Position numbers and translations under genes: made by a program
In this document: positions 1-9,130 of the stretch, piece by piece
How positions within the stretch are numbered: position 1 is the stretch's first letter
How the letters are laid out: each line of letters begins with the position of its first letter
Notes under the pieces: model-generated
Told to the model about the DNA's origin: nothing
The model's input: the letters and a program-made list of their open reading frames with translations, nothing else
Database searches by the model: none
DNA from: an uncultured Eubacteriaceae bacterium
GTDB lineage: Bacteria; Bacillota; Clostridia; Lachnospirales; CAG-274
Direction: 5' to 3'
DNA length: 64,000 nt
Assembly (NCBI GenBank): GCA_947167715.1
Contig: CAMVJD010000007.1
Coordinates: forward strand, 12,881 to 76,880

Positions 1-233
1 TCGGTTATGTTTATTTCGGCAGACCGCAAATGCTTTTTAAATGCCGCCGCCAGCTCCGTACCCGGGACATCCGGCAGGCCGGGGTAATTTGATATTTTTT
101 CCGCCCTTGATATTTTTGCCGAAAGCTGTGCGCTGCCAAAAAGCAAAACGCTTTTGCCGCGCTGTACGGCCGTTATTGCCGCCGAGACCCCCGCAGGCCC
201 CGTGCCGATCACCGCAATATCCGCTTTATTCAT
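1..233 (-). CDS. NAD(P)/FAD-dependent oxidoreductase, thioredoxin-reductase-like (N-terminal 77 aa only; the rest lies left of the window)
   Basis: Hand translation of the minus strand from ATG at 233-231 gives MNKADIAVIGTGPAGVSAAITAVQRGKSVLLFG..., a Rossmann GxGxxG start. The frame is open to the window edge. It is absent from the ORF track because it is truncated. Confidence 0.6.
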   Translation of the reverse strand, partial: MNKADIAVIGTGPAGVSAAITAVQRGKSVLLFGSAQLSAKISRAEKISNYPGLPDVPGTELAAAFKKHLRSAEINIT

Positions 234-403
234 CATTCTCACCCTCTTTCGGTTTAGGATTCTCATTGTTTTATTTAATTATACAGGCTTTTAATAGTAT
301 TGTCAAATATTTATGCGGTATACGGTATTAATAAGATACTCCCGCGATACGTTTTTTTCGGCAAAAACACTTCTATAATATCAAAGACAAAAAAGACTCT
401 GTG

Positions 404-432
404 TTGACGAAAAATTTAAACCGTGATATACT
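404..432 (+). promoter_or_regulatory. sigma-A type promoter for the sensor/folate operon
   Basis: TTGACG (404-409), 17-nt spacer, TATACT (427-432), about 60 nt upstream of the ATG at 493. Confidence 0.5.
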
Positions 433-492
433 ATTAATATCGGACACTTACAGATATAGTTTATGCAGATTATTTTGACCGGAGGCGGTTTA

Positions 493-3432
493 ATGAAAAA
501 TATTTTTTTGGCATTTATATTAACGGCTGCCATGATCTTAACACCTGTTTCTGCCGCCGATTCGGCTGCGGAACAACATAATGATGTTGTTAAGGAGGGG
601 GCGGCCTATACCACCGTTTTATATGACAGAAGCAGCGGTCTGCCCACATCGGAGGCAAATGCCGTTTTACAGACCTCGGACGGATTTGTATGGATAGGCA
701 GCTACAGCGGTCTGGTGCGCTATGACGGCTCGGAATTTTATCGTTTTGACTCCTCCGTGGGCATTTCAAGCGTGATCTGCCTTTACGAGGACAGCAGGCA
801 GCGGCTTTGGATAGGCACAAACGATGCCGGTCTGGCCGTTTACGAGGACAACGAATTTAAGTTTTACAGCCGTGAACAGGGTCTTCGCTCGGCATCCATC
901 CGCTCTATATGCGAGGACTCGGCGGGCAATATTTATGCCGCCACCACCTTTGGCCTTGGTTATGTTGATAAAGACGGCAATTTAAACGAAATTTCGGATG
1001 CACACCTAAACGGCGAATATATAAAGGACCTTGACAGCGACAGCGAGGGCACCGTATACGGCATAACCTCAAAGGGCAATCTTTTTGTTATAAAAGACTG
1101 CTCGGTATCTGCAATATACCCCAACACCAACCTTACCGACAGCGTTATAAACTGTGTTACGGCGGATAAGCAAGCCCCCGGCGCAGTATATCTCGGTACG
1201 GAGGACAGCGAGATCATCTATGGCAGCGTAAATAACGATATGTCAGACCCGAAAAAATATTCGACGGCACCGCTGCGCCATATAAACCGCATTTTTGAAT
1301 ACAGCGATTCGCTTTGGATATGCTCGGACAACGGCATAGGCCGCTTTAAGGATGATATGAGCTATTCAAGCCTATATAACCTGCCCATAGACGATTCTAT
1401 CGACAATATGATGTGTGATTACGAGGGGAACCTGTGGTTTGCATCATCAAGACAGGGCGTGCTTAAAATTGCGCCAAGTCAGTTTATGGATTTAAATATG
1501 GCAGCGGGCATTGAAACGGGAGTAGTAAATACCACCTGTTTAAACGGCAATAAGCTTTACATCGGCACAGACAGCGGTCTTAAGGTGACGGACACCGAAA
1601 ACAACCCCATAGACGACCCTATGTGTGCCATGCTTGACGGCGTAAGAATACGCTGCATAAAAAAGGACAAAAACGGGAATATATGGTTTTGCACCTTTGG
1701 CGAAAAGGGGCTTGTATGCCTACACCCCGACGGAAGCACAAAAACCTTTGGCGAGGCCGACGGCTTTTTGTCGCATCGTTTTCGTACTGCGGAAATGCTT
1801 GACGACGGACGTATAGCGGTATCCTGCACGGGCGGCGCCTATATCATGGACGAAAACGGCATTATAGAGTCCTACGAAAACAAGGACGGCATAGGCAATT
1901 CCGATATACTTTGCATAGCCGACGGCGGCAGCGGCACATTATACCTGGGCAGCGACGGCGACGGCATTTACAAGGTAAATGACGGCAAAATAGAGCATTT
2001 AGGCGTAGAAAACGGCCTGCGCAGCGAGGTTGTTTTAAAAATAAAAAAGGATGAAATAAACGGCCTTTACTGGATAATCACAAGTAATTCAATCGCCTAT
2101 ATGAAGGACGATAAAATAACCTGTGTAACAAATTTCCCCTATTCCAACAATTTTGATATTTACCCCGACAATAACGGGCGTATGTGGGTACTTTCAAGCA
2201 ACGGCATATATGTTGCCACCGTGCAAAGCCTTATAAACAACACCGGCAGCGAATATCAGTTTTACGACACAAAAAGCGGTCTGCCCTGTGTTGCCACGGT
2301 AAACTCATCAAGTGCGGAGGACGAAAACGGCAGGCTTTATATGGCGGGCGGAACGGGCGTTGTGCGCATAGACCTTAACACGGCGGAGGAAAGCTATAAA
2401 AACACCAAGCTTACCGTACCCTTTGTTGCGGCGGACGGCGTTATCTATACCGTAAAAAACAATACGGTCACAATACCCTCAAACACCAGACGGTTGACGG
2501 TTTATGACTATGTACTGACATTTTCGCTTAAAAACCCCAGCGTAAGCTATATGCTTGACGGCTTTGACAAGGAGCCCTACAGCCTTTTAAAGCAGGATAT
2601 GGAGCCTGTCAGCTACACAAACCTTAAGGGCGGCACCTATCACTTTAAATTAAGCGTTGTAGATACATTCACGGGCAACGCGGGCGATACGCTTAATATT
2701 ACCGTCATAAAGGAAAAAGCGCTTTACGAAAAGCTTTGGTTTATTATAACGGTCATCCTTGGCGCGCTCGTGCTGCTTGGGCTTGCGGTGCATTTTTACT
2801 TAAAAAAGAAAACCGCCAAGCTTTTAAAGACCCAAAACGAGCAAAAGCAGTATATCAACGAGATAATCCAGGCATTTGCAAAGTGTATAGATATGAAGGA
2901 TAAGTATACCCGCGGCCATTCGTTCCGTGTGGCATACTATTCAAGGCTGCTGGCCGAAAAAATGGGCTACGGCAGGGACGATGCCGAGGAGGTATACAAT
3001 ATTGCGCTTTTGCATGATATAGGCAAAATAAGCATACCCGACGAGATACTTAACAAACCCGGCCGCGCCACGGACGAGGAATATGCCATACTTAAAAGCC
3101 ATTCCCAGAACGGCTACGAGATATTAAAGGATATAACCATTGCGCCCAAGCTTGCACTCGGCGCGCGCTTCCACCACGAGCGCCCCGACGGCAGGGGCTA
3201 TCCAAAGGGGCTTACCGCGGAGGATATACCGCCTATGGCCAAAATAATCGCCGTTGCGGACACCTTTGATGCAATGTACTCAAACCGCCCCTACAGAAAG
3301 CAGCTTGAATTAAGCGTTGTTGTAGACGAGCTTAAACGTGTTGCGGGCACACAGCTCGATCCCGAGGTCGTGGATTGTATGATAAAGCTTGTGGATGAGG
3401 GCAAAATAGGCAAAAGAAATATGGAAGAATGA
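493..3432 (+). CDS. Membrane sensor: signal peptide, beta-propeller (two-component-regulator propeller repeats), Y_Y_Y domain, TM helix, cytoplasmic HD-GYP phosphodiesterase domain
   Basis: ORF 463..3432. GGAGG lies 8 nt before the ATG at 493 (MKNIFLAFILTAAMILTPVSA = signal peptide). Repeated W/G-rich propeller units are present, and GTYHFKLSV is Y_Y_Y-like. The TM segment is LWFIITVILGALVLLGLAV. The C-terminus has HSFRVA...LLHDIGK...HHERPDGRGYP, the HD-GYP signature. Confidence 0.85.
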   Translation: MKNIFLAFILTAAMILTPVSAADSAAEQHNDVVKEGAAYTTVLYDRSSGLPTSEANAVLQTSDGFVWIGSYSGLVRYDGSEFYRFDSSVGISSVICLYEDSRQRLWIGTNDAGLAVYEDNEFKFYSREQGLRSASIRSICEDSAGNIYAATTFGLGYVDKDGNLNEISDAHLNGEYIKDLDSDSEGTVYGITSKGNLFVIKDCSVSAIYPNTNLTDSVINCVTADKQAPGAVYLGTEDSEIIYGSVNNDMSDPKKYSTAPLRHINRIFEYSDSLWICSDNGIGRFKDDMSYSSLYNLPIDDSIDNMMCDYEGNLWFASSRQGVLKIAPSQFMDLNMAAGIETGVVNTTCLNGNKLYIGTDSGLKVTDTENNPIDDPMCAMLDGVRIRCIKKDKNGNIWFCTFGEKGLVCLHPDGSTKTFGEADGFLSHRFRTAEMLDDGRIAVSCTGGAYIMDENGIIESYENKDGIGNSDILCIADGGSGTLYLGSDGDGIYKVNDGKIEHLGVENGLRSEVVLKIKKDEINGLYWIITSNSIAYMKDDKITCVTNFPYSNNFDIYPDNNGRMWVLSSNGIYVATVQSLINNTGSEYQFYDTKSGLPCVATVNSSSAEDENGRLYMAGGTGVVRIDLNTAEESYKNTKLTVPFVAADGVIYTVKNNTVTIPSNTRRLTVYDYVLTFSLKNPSVSYMLDGFDKEPYSLLKQDMEPVSYTNLKGGTYHFKLSVVDTFTGNAGDTLNITVIKEKALYEKLWFIITVILGALVLLGLAVHFYLKKKTAKLLKTQNEQKQYINEIIQAFAKCIDMKDKYTRGHSFRVAYYSRLLAEKMGYGRDDAEEVYNIALLHDIGKISIPDEILNKPGRATDEEYAILKSHSQNGYEILKDITIAPKLALGARFHHERPDGRGYPKGLTAEDIPPMAKIIAVADTFDAMYSNRPYRKQLELSVVVDELKRVAGTQLDPEVVDCMIKLVDEGKIGKRNMEE

Positions 3433-4667
3433 AAATGACTTACGAACAGACCATGGAATACCTGACGGGGCTGTCCAAATTTGGCATTAAGCTGGGGCTT
3501 GACAATATGCGCGCCCTTTTGGATGCCACAGGACACCCCGAAAACGGGCAAAAAATAATACATATCGCAGGCACCAACGGCAAGGGCTCTACGGGCGCAT
3601 TTATCGCGGCGGGGCTGATGTCGGCGGGATACAGGGTGGGACGATACGTTTCGCCTACGGTTTTTTGCTATGAGGAGCGTTTTCAGGTAAACGGCAGCTT
3701 TATCCCCAAAAACGAGCTGCCCCTTTACATCACGGCCGTAAAGGATGCGGCCGAAGCGGCGGGCATTACCCCCACCGTGTTTGAGGCCGAAACGGCGGCA
3801 GCGCTTTTATTTTTTAAAAATCGGGGCTGTGACTTTACCCTGCTTGAGGTAGGTATGGGCGGCAGGCTGGATGCCACAAATGCCGCAGATAAGACCTATT
3901 GCTCGGTCATTACGCCAATAGCCCTTGACCACACCGCCATACTCGGCGATACAATAGCCAAAATAGCCTTTGAAAAGGCGGGCATAATAAAGCCAAACGG
4001 CATTGTTTTTTCGGCCGTGCAGACCGAGGAAGCGGCAGAGGTGCTAAAGCGGGCGGCAGGGGAGAAAAATGCCCGGCTCATCTTTTGCGCCGAGCCCGTA
4101 ATACACAATGACGGCAGCTTTGACTATGGGGAGTACAAAAATTTAAAAATAAGCCTTAAGGGTCAATATCAATACCAAAATGCCGCGCTTGCGGCCGAGG
4201 TGCTAAAGCATATAACAAACAGCGAAAGCGCCGTAAGGGACGGCTTTGCGGCCACAGAATGGGCGGGCAGGTTTCAGGTCATCGAGGGCGACCCCGTATT
4301 TATATTTGACGGCGCACACAACCCGCAGGGGGCAGAGGCGCTTGTCAAGGGGCTTGAAAATTACAAAAACATCACTTATATATGCGGCATTTTTGCCGAC
4401 AAGGACTATAAAAAAATGGTAAGCATTGCGGCGCCGCTTGCAAGGCGGGTCATCACCGTTACACCGCCGTCACCGCGCGGTCTGGATGCCGCAGAGCTGA
4501 AAAAGGAATTTTTAAAATATTTACCCGATGTAACGGCAATGCCGCTTGAAGCGGCGATAAAAACCGCATTTAACTATAAGGGCGGCTGTGTTGCGGTATT
4601 CGGGAGCCTTTCGTTTTTGGGCGAGGCGATAGGAATAGTAAAGGAGCAAAAAAATGGACAGAGATAA
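3429..4667 (+). CDS. folC: Folylpolyglutamate synthase / dihydrofolate synthase
   Basis: [13 protein letters not shown]-loop and Mur-ligase-like layout. The ATG overlaps the sensor stop (ATGA); a second ATG lies at 3435. Confidence 0.9.
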   Translation: MKMTYEQTMEYLTGLSKFGIKLGLDNMRALLDATGHPENGQKIIHIAGTNGKGSTGAFIAAGLMSAGYRVGRYVSPTVFCYEERFQVNGSFIPKNELPLYITAVKDAAEAAGITPTVFEAETAAALLFFKNRGCDFTLLEVGMGGRLDATNAADKTYCSVITPIALDHTAILGDTIAKIAFEKAGIIKPNGIVFSAVQTEEAAEVLKRAAGEKNARLIFCAEPVIHNDGSFDYGEYKNLKISLKGQYQYQNAALAAEVLKHITNSESAVRDGFAATEWAGRFQVIEGDPVFIFDGAHNPQGAEALVKGLENYKNITYICGIFADKDYKKMVSIAAPLARRVITVTPPSPRGLDAAELKKEFLKYLPDVTAMPLEAAIKTAFNYKGGCVAVFGSLSFLGEAIGIVKEQKNGQR

Positions 4668-5205
4668 AATTATGCAGGGTGTAAGGCTGATACTGGAGGG
4701 TGTCGGCGAGGATCCGACCCGAGAGGGCTTGCTTGAAACGCCGCTGCGCGTTGCAAGAATGTACGAGGAAATATTTTCGGGTCTCGGCGAGGATGCTGCG
4801 GAGCATCTTTCGCGCACCTTTACATCGGCAAATTCCGATATTATCGTGGAAAAGGACATTACCTTCTATTCCACCTGCGAGCATCATTTAATGCCGTTTT
4901 TCGGCAAGGCGGCTATAGGCTATATCCCAAACGGCAAGGTGGTAGGCATAAGCAAGCTGGCGCGCACCGTTGAGGTATTTGCAAAGCGCCCCCAGATACA
5001 GGAGCAGCTTACCGCACAGATAGCCGATGCCATTGCCCAAAATCTGGACACAAGGGGCGTAATAGTTGCAATAGAGGCAGAGCATACCTGTATGACCATG
5101 CGCGGTGTCAAAAAGCCCGGCACCAAAACATTTACGCTTGTGTCAAGGGGTGTTTTTGAGGATGACGCGGAGTTAAGGCGCCTGTTTTTGGATATGATAA
5201 GATGA
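4654..5205 (+). CDS. folE: GTP cyclohydrolase I
   Basis: Motifs [51 protein letters not shown]. It overlaps the folC end by 14 nt. Confidence 0.95.
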   Translation: MDRDKIMQGVRLILEGVGEDPTREGLLETPLRVARMYEEIFSGLGEDAAEHLSRTFTSANSDIIVEKDITFYSTCEHHLMPFFGKAAIGYIPNGKVVGISKLARTVEVFAKRPQIQEQLTAQIADAIAQNLDTRGVIVAIEAEHTCMTMRGVKKPGTKTFTLVSRGVFEDDAELRRLFLDMIR

Positions 5206-5678
5206 AAAGGATAGACCTGCTTTTTGCAAACCCCGAATATCAAAATTTACTTGAATATATAAAATATGCCGAGCGTGACCGCAAATTCTGCCGTCACGAT
5301 ATTCGGCATTTTTTGGATATGTCGCGGCTTTTATACATTTACTGCCTTGAAGAGGGGCTTGATATCGACAAGGAGCTTATTTATGCCATAGGGCTTTTGC
5401 ACGATATAGGCCGCGCCGAGCAGTATAAAAGCGGCAGGGAGCATCACCTCGCAGGCGCGGAGTGCGCAAAAAAATTAATGCCCCTATGCGGCTTTACAAA
5501 CGAAGAAACACAAAGGGCGGCAGAAGCGATACTGTCGCACCGAAGCACCGAAAGCGGCGATATTTTGGCTCGGCTTGTATACAGGGCCGACAAGCGTTCG
5601 CGGCTGTGCTTTGACTGTCCCGCGCGGGACGAGTGTAACTGGCCGCGCGAAAAAATGAATTTGGAGATAGATATATGA
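5202..5678 (+). CDS. HD-domain metal-dependent phosphohydrolase (function unassigned) embedded in the folate operon
   Basis: RHDIRHF...[10 protein letters not shown]...EHHLAGA is an HD-superfamily H..HD..D pattern. There is a C-terminal Cys cluster, [14 protein letters not shown] overlaps link it to both folE and folP. Confidence 0.75.
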   Translation: MKRIDLLFANPEYQNLLEYIKYAERDRKFCRHDIRHFLDMSRLLYIYCLEEGLDIDKELIYAIGLLHDIGRAEQYKSGREHHLAGAECAKKLMPLCGFTNEETQRAAEAILSHRSTESGDILARLVYRADKRSRLCFDCPARDECNWPREKMNLEIDI

Positions 5679-6475
5679 TAATAAACAATAAAACCTATGA
5701 CGAAAGAGTTTATATAATGGGCATTTTAAATGTCACGCCCGATTCGTTCTCGGACGGCGGCAAATTTAACAATATCGACACCGCCTTGTACCGTGCCGAG
5801 CAGATAGTAAACGAGGGCGGCGATATGATCGACATAGGCGGCGAATCAACGCGCCCGGGCTATACCAAAATAAGCGATCAAGAGGAAATAGAGCGCACCG
5901 CCCCCATAATAGAGGCAATATCGGGCTGCTTTGACCTGCCCGTTTCCATTGACACCTACAAAAGCGCCGTTGCCGAGGCCGCATTAAAGGCGGGTGCGGC
6001 TATGGTAAACGACATTTGGGGCTTTAAATACGATAAGGCTATGGCCAAAATAACGGCAAAATACGGCGCGGCCTGCTGTCTTATGCATAACCGCGACAAT
6101 ACCGATTATAACGACCTTATACAGGATATTAAAAACGATTTGCGGCAGTCGGTGGATATTGCCCTTGATGCGGGCGTTTCAAGGGATAAAATTTGCATCG
6201 ACCCCGGCATTGGCTTTGCAAAGACCTACGAGCAAAATTTAATGACCCTTAAGCAGTTGGAGGAATTTAATTCGCTTGGTTATCCCGTGCTTTTGGGTAC
6301 ATCAAGAAAAAGCGTTATAGGACTTACCCTTGACCTGCCCGCCGACAGCCGTCTGGAGGGTACCATAGCCACAAGCGTGCTTGGCGTAACAAAGGGCTGT
6401 AGGTTTTTAAGGGTGCATGACGTGTTGGAGAATAAACGCGCCGTTGTTATGACCGAAAGGATATTGAATAGTTGA
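5675..6475 (+). CDS. folP: Dihydropteroate synthase
   Basis: Motifs GILNVTPDSFSDGG, DIGGESTRPG, VNDIWG, DPGIGFAKT, LLGTSRKS, RVHDV. Confidence 0.95.
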   Translation: MIINNKTYDERVYIMGILNVTPDSFSDGGKFNNIDTALYRAEQIVNEGGDMIDIGGESTRPGYTKISDQEEIERTAPIIEAISGCFDLPVSIDTYKSAVAEAALKAGAAMVNDIWGFKYDKAMAKITAKYGAACCLMHNRDNTDYNDLIQDIKNDLRQSVDIALDAGVSRDKICIDPGIGFAKTYEQNLMTLKQLEEFNSLGYPVLLGTSRKSVIGLTLDLPADSRLEGTIATSVLGVTKGCRFLRVHDVLENKRAVVMTERILNS

Positions 6476-6483
6476 AAACTTCA

Positions 6484-6566
6484 GGCGGACGGACACATAG
6501 GTCCGTCCCTACAACAAATGATCAATATATCACCATTGTAGGGAACGACCTGTGTGTCGTTCCGCC
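6484..6566. repeat. Nested palindromic REP-like element
   Basis: The left arm GGCGGACGGACACATAGGTCCGTCCCTACAA (6484-6514) matches the reverse complement of 6536-6566 (GGCGGAACGACACACAGGTCGTTCCCTACAA). Each arm also contains its own 6-bp hairpin. Confidence 0.7.
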
Positions 6567-6589
6567 GCCTTGTCCGACGATAAATCAAA

Positions 6590-6626
6590 AAAGTAAAAAG
6601 CCGCGGGATTGCCGCGGCTTTTGTAG
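6590..6626. terminator. Bidirectional intrinsic terminator (folate operon on +, small ORF/secreted-protein operon on -)
   Basis: AGCCGCGG-GATT-GCCGCGGCT stem, with an A-run on the left and a T-run on the right. Confidence 0.75.
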
Positions 6627-6627
6627 T

Positions 6628-6750
6628 TTATTCAAGCTCTTCGTCTATTTCGGTCGGTGTCATAACCAATGCAGATGTCATATTCATTATATCACATTCG
6701 TTATTAAAAACCGTAACTTCTACAGCGGGAATTTCATAAATCTTTTTCAA
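6628..6750 (-). CDS. Small ORF, 40 aa, unknown function (TTG start)
   Basis: Not in the ORF track. GGAGGA lies 8 nt upstream of the TTG at 6750, and an in-frame TAG lies just upstream. Product (M)KKIYEIPAVEVTVFNNECDIMNMTSALVMTPTEIDEELE. It starts 34 nt after the 547-aa gene and is followed by the terminator. Confidence 0.35.
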   Translation of the reverse strand: MKKIYEIPAVEVTVFNNECDIMNMTSALVMTPTEIDEELE

Positions 6751-6784
6751 AATCGTTTCCTCCTATCTTAAGTCTTTGACAGTA

Positions 6785-8428
6785 TTAAGCAAAAAGATTT
6801 GTTGTTATTTTATTTATATTTGTTTCGGCATCACTGCCCGGATGGTTGATCTTTGTAGCAAAAAGAAGATCATCGGCATTACCGCCAAACTCTGTTGCAT
6901 CATACGGTGTACCGCCGATATTTACTTTTTGGTAAACAGTATCGGAACTTACAAGCTTCTTGCCGTATACCTGCTCTAATCTGCTTGATGCCGCAGCCTG
7001 TGCTGCCGTAACCACCGATACAGCATAATGGTTTGCGCCGTCTGTATAATATTTAACAGCTTCGGAAGATGTCGGGGCTGCTGTAGTTGAAAGAGCAATG
7101 CTATATACATAATAATCATCATTCGGTGCAATAAGCTCTACATAACCTTTTGTAACATCAGCAGCAACAGCCTTGTATGATACATCACCCTTTGCAGTAG
7201 TTGTACCACCTATTGTTGCATTTGCATTTTCAGAATTTACAGTAACAGTATCGCCTACAGCATAAACGGGAATATATGCTGTAGCACCATCACGCATTTG
7301 AATATATCCATTTCCGTTATTGGCATATACAAATTTACCACCGCTCTTTGCATTTACAAATAACGAAATATTTGCAACATTTGAGTTTACAATGCCGTTT
7401 TTATTTTGATATGCTGTATTGTCTGCATTGTAACTTGTGCTTGTTTTGAAATCCCAAGTGTAATTGGTTACTACAGGGAATGCTGTGGATTTAACAGTGA
7501 TAGACTTGATATATCCACCTGATGCAGTACTAACCAATTCTACATCTCCTGCTGATGTAGTTGTGTATGGTGTTGTGTATTCTGTACCATTTATGGTTGC
7601 AGTTGTTCCACTTTTAAGAAGCACTGTTATAACAGCTCCGGATGGTACGTTGGGAATAGTGATTTTTGCACCATTTGTAAATTGTGCCCAAGTTTCTTTA
7701 TTGTAGCCAATTTTTCCACTCGTTGCATCAGCAATAAGTTCCGGAGCATTGGAAGCAGCAACCTTTGTCGTTGCCGCAATTGTTCCCGATGTATTTTGAT
7801 ATACTTTATTATCTTCAGCAATTAATTTTGCCGCAATATCATAAGTGGTTGTATATCTTGTCCCGGTAATATTTGAATTAGTAACAGAAAAATTCCTAAT
7901 TAATGGGTTTTTATTTCCTGCTGCAAAAAGATAATAATATCCGGCTTCATCTATCGCATCAAATACCGCAGTAACTTCTGTTAAAGATGTATAATCTGTG
8001 CTGCTTCCAATATGTACGGAATTGTATGTTGCTGTACTACTATATGTTGTTTCCGAATTGCCTCCCACGAGATACAATGTACAATCATTATTCTTTGATG
8101 AAAAAACAGCTTTTACTGTAACAACATCTCCCGCATCCGCAACAAAGCCAATATATCTGCCCGCCGCTTCAACAGCACTACCATTACTGATTTTATTGAG
8201 TTTTACTGCCGAATTACCATTTCCCGAATGTGACACTTTAAATACATCACCAACTTCATTTGTAACAGTATACGTTCCCGTAGTACCATTTGTTGCTCCT
8301 TCTCCATTCCAAGGCAAAGTTGTAAAATCAATGGTTGCTTCTGTTGCCCAAGCCGCAACACTACTCAACGCCATAGTTACGCCGACTACTGCTGTTGCCG
8401 CAATAGTCTTTAATAAAGATCTTCTCAT
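6785..8428 (-). CDS. Secreted protein of unknown function with about three repeated beta-rich modules
   Basis: AGGAGGA RBS. The signal peptide is MRRSLLKTIAATAVVGVTMALSSVAAWA. Module endings recur: YYYLFAAGNKNPLIRNFSVTN, GGYIKSITVKS, DDYYVYSIALS. No catalytic motif was recognised. Confidence 0.7.
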   Translation of the reverse strand: MRRSLLKTIAATAVVGVTMALSSVAAWATEATIDFTTLPWNGEGATNGTTGTYTVTNEVGDVFKVSHSGNGNSAVKLNKISNGSAVEAAGRYIGFVADAGDVVTVKAVFSSKNNDCTLYLVGGNSETTYSSTATYNSVHIGSSTDYTSLTEVTAVFDAIDEAGYYYLFAAGNKNPLIRNFSVTNSNITGTRYTTTYDIAAKLIAEDNKVYQNTSGTIAATTKVAASNAPELIADATSGKIGYNKETWAQFTNGAKITIPNVPSGAVITVLLKSGTTATINGTEYTTPYTTTSAGDVELVSTASGGYIKSITVKSTAFPVVTNYTWDFKTSTSYNADNTAYQNKNGIVNSNVANISLFVNAKSGGKFVYANNGNGYIQMRDGATAYIPVYAVGDTVTVNSENANATIGGTTTAKGDVSYKAVAADVTKGYVELIAPNDDYYVYSIALSTTAAPTSSEAVKYYTDGANHYAVSVVTAAQAAASSRLEQVYGKKLVSSDTVYQKVNIGGTPYDATEFGGNADDLLFATKINHPGSDAETNINKITTNLFA

Positions 8429-8454
8429 CTTTTAAATCCTCCTATTTAATTTTT

Positions 8455-8463
8455 ATTATATCA
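8455..8463 (-). promoter_or_regulatory. Extended -10 promoter element (TGATATAAT) for the 547-aa secreted-protein gene
   Basis: The minus strand reads TGATATAAT about 27 nt upstream of the ATG at 8428. No good -35 box was found. Confidence 0.35.
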
Positions 8464-8614
8464 ACGGGCAGTTTTCTGCGCCGTTTTAAGTCGGCAAAGA
8501 TATTTATTTTTCTTTTACCGATAACTTTTCTTCCCTCGCTTTCGTATATACTCCGCGGTTATTCGCTGCCGCGTGTGATATATCAACCGTCCGTTTTACC
8601 GGCGGTCGGCTGCC

Positions 8615-9055
8615 TTATAATTTCCCCTCGGCCTTAAGCTGCTTATACATCCTGTTAAAGGTATTGGGGCTGGCGCCCGATTCGGCGCGGGCGGCGTTTT
8701 TGGTTATTTCGCCGTTTTCCAGCCTTTTAAACAGGTCTATAAAGTTATCGGCAACAAAGGTTTTTTTTCGGCCAAAATGCACGCCGTTTGCCTTGGCATT
8801 TTTAATGCCCTCGGCCTGTCTTTCCCTGCGATATTTTCCGGTATTTATCTGTATAAAGGACAGCATTTGTATAAGCACGCCGTAAAGCTGCTCCTCCAGC
8901 AATATCCTGCCCTCGGGCGTATCGGAGTACGGCAGACAAAGCTGTAATACCTCGCAAATGCGGTCGCGCGTTTCCTCGCGGCAAATATTCATCATTTCCT
9001 CGTAGGAAAGCCTTTCATTCAGCAATTCGTCAAGATCTCTGCTCATTCCCGTCAC
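8615..9055 (-). CDS. Resolvase-derived HTH protein: serine-recombinase E-helix plus C-terminal HTH, with the catalytic N-terminal domain missing
   Basis: RRERQAEGIKNAKANGVHFGRKK...GEITKNAARAESGASPNTFNRMYKQL resembles the resolvase/invertase C-terminal half. There is no YxRVSTxxQ Ser motif. The start is uncertain (GTG 9055 or ATG 9045). Confidence 0.6.
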   Translation of the reverse strand: MTGMSRDLDELLNERLSYEEMMNICREETRDRICEVLQLCLPYSDTPEGRILLEEQLYGVLIQMLSFIQINTGKYRRERQAEGIKNAKANGVHFGRKKTFVADNFIDLFKRLENGEITKNAARAESGASPNTFNRMYKQLKAEGKL

Positions 9056-9130
9056 CGTTTACGCCTTATCATTAACATATACTTTAATGATAAATATTTT
9101 TTAGTTAAATATCAACAAGTCGATGCTTAT

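Noticed and set aside
41-331. 96-aa + strand ORF at the left edge
   Set aside because: The opposite strand encodes a clean Rossmann-fold N-terminus (GTGPAG) starting at 233. The + ORF is Pro/Arg-rich noise.
6472-6771. 99-aa + strand ORF after folP (and 6776..6979)
   Set aside because: It runs through the REP-like palindrome and the terminator hairpin and has no RBS. I had hoped it might be folB or folK, but the translation shows neither.
8429-8614. Invertible promoter (phase-variation switch) between the resolvase-like gene and the secreted-protein gene
   Set aside because: No flanking inverted repeats were found, and the resolvase-like protein lacks a catalytic domain.
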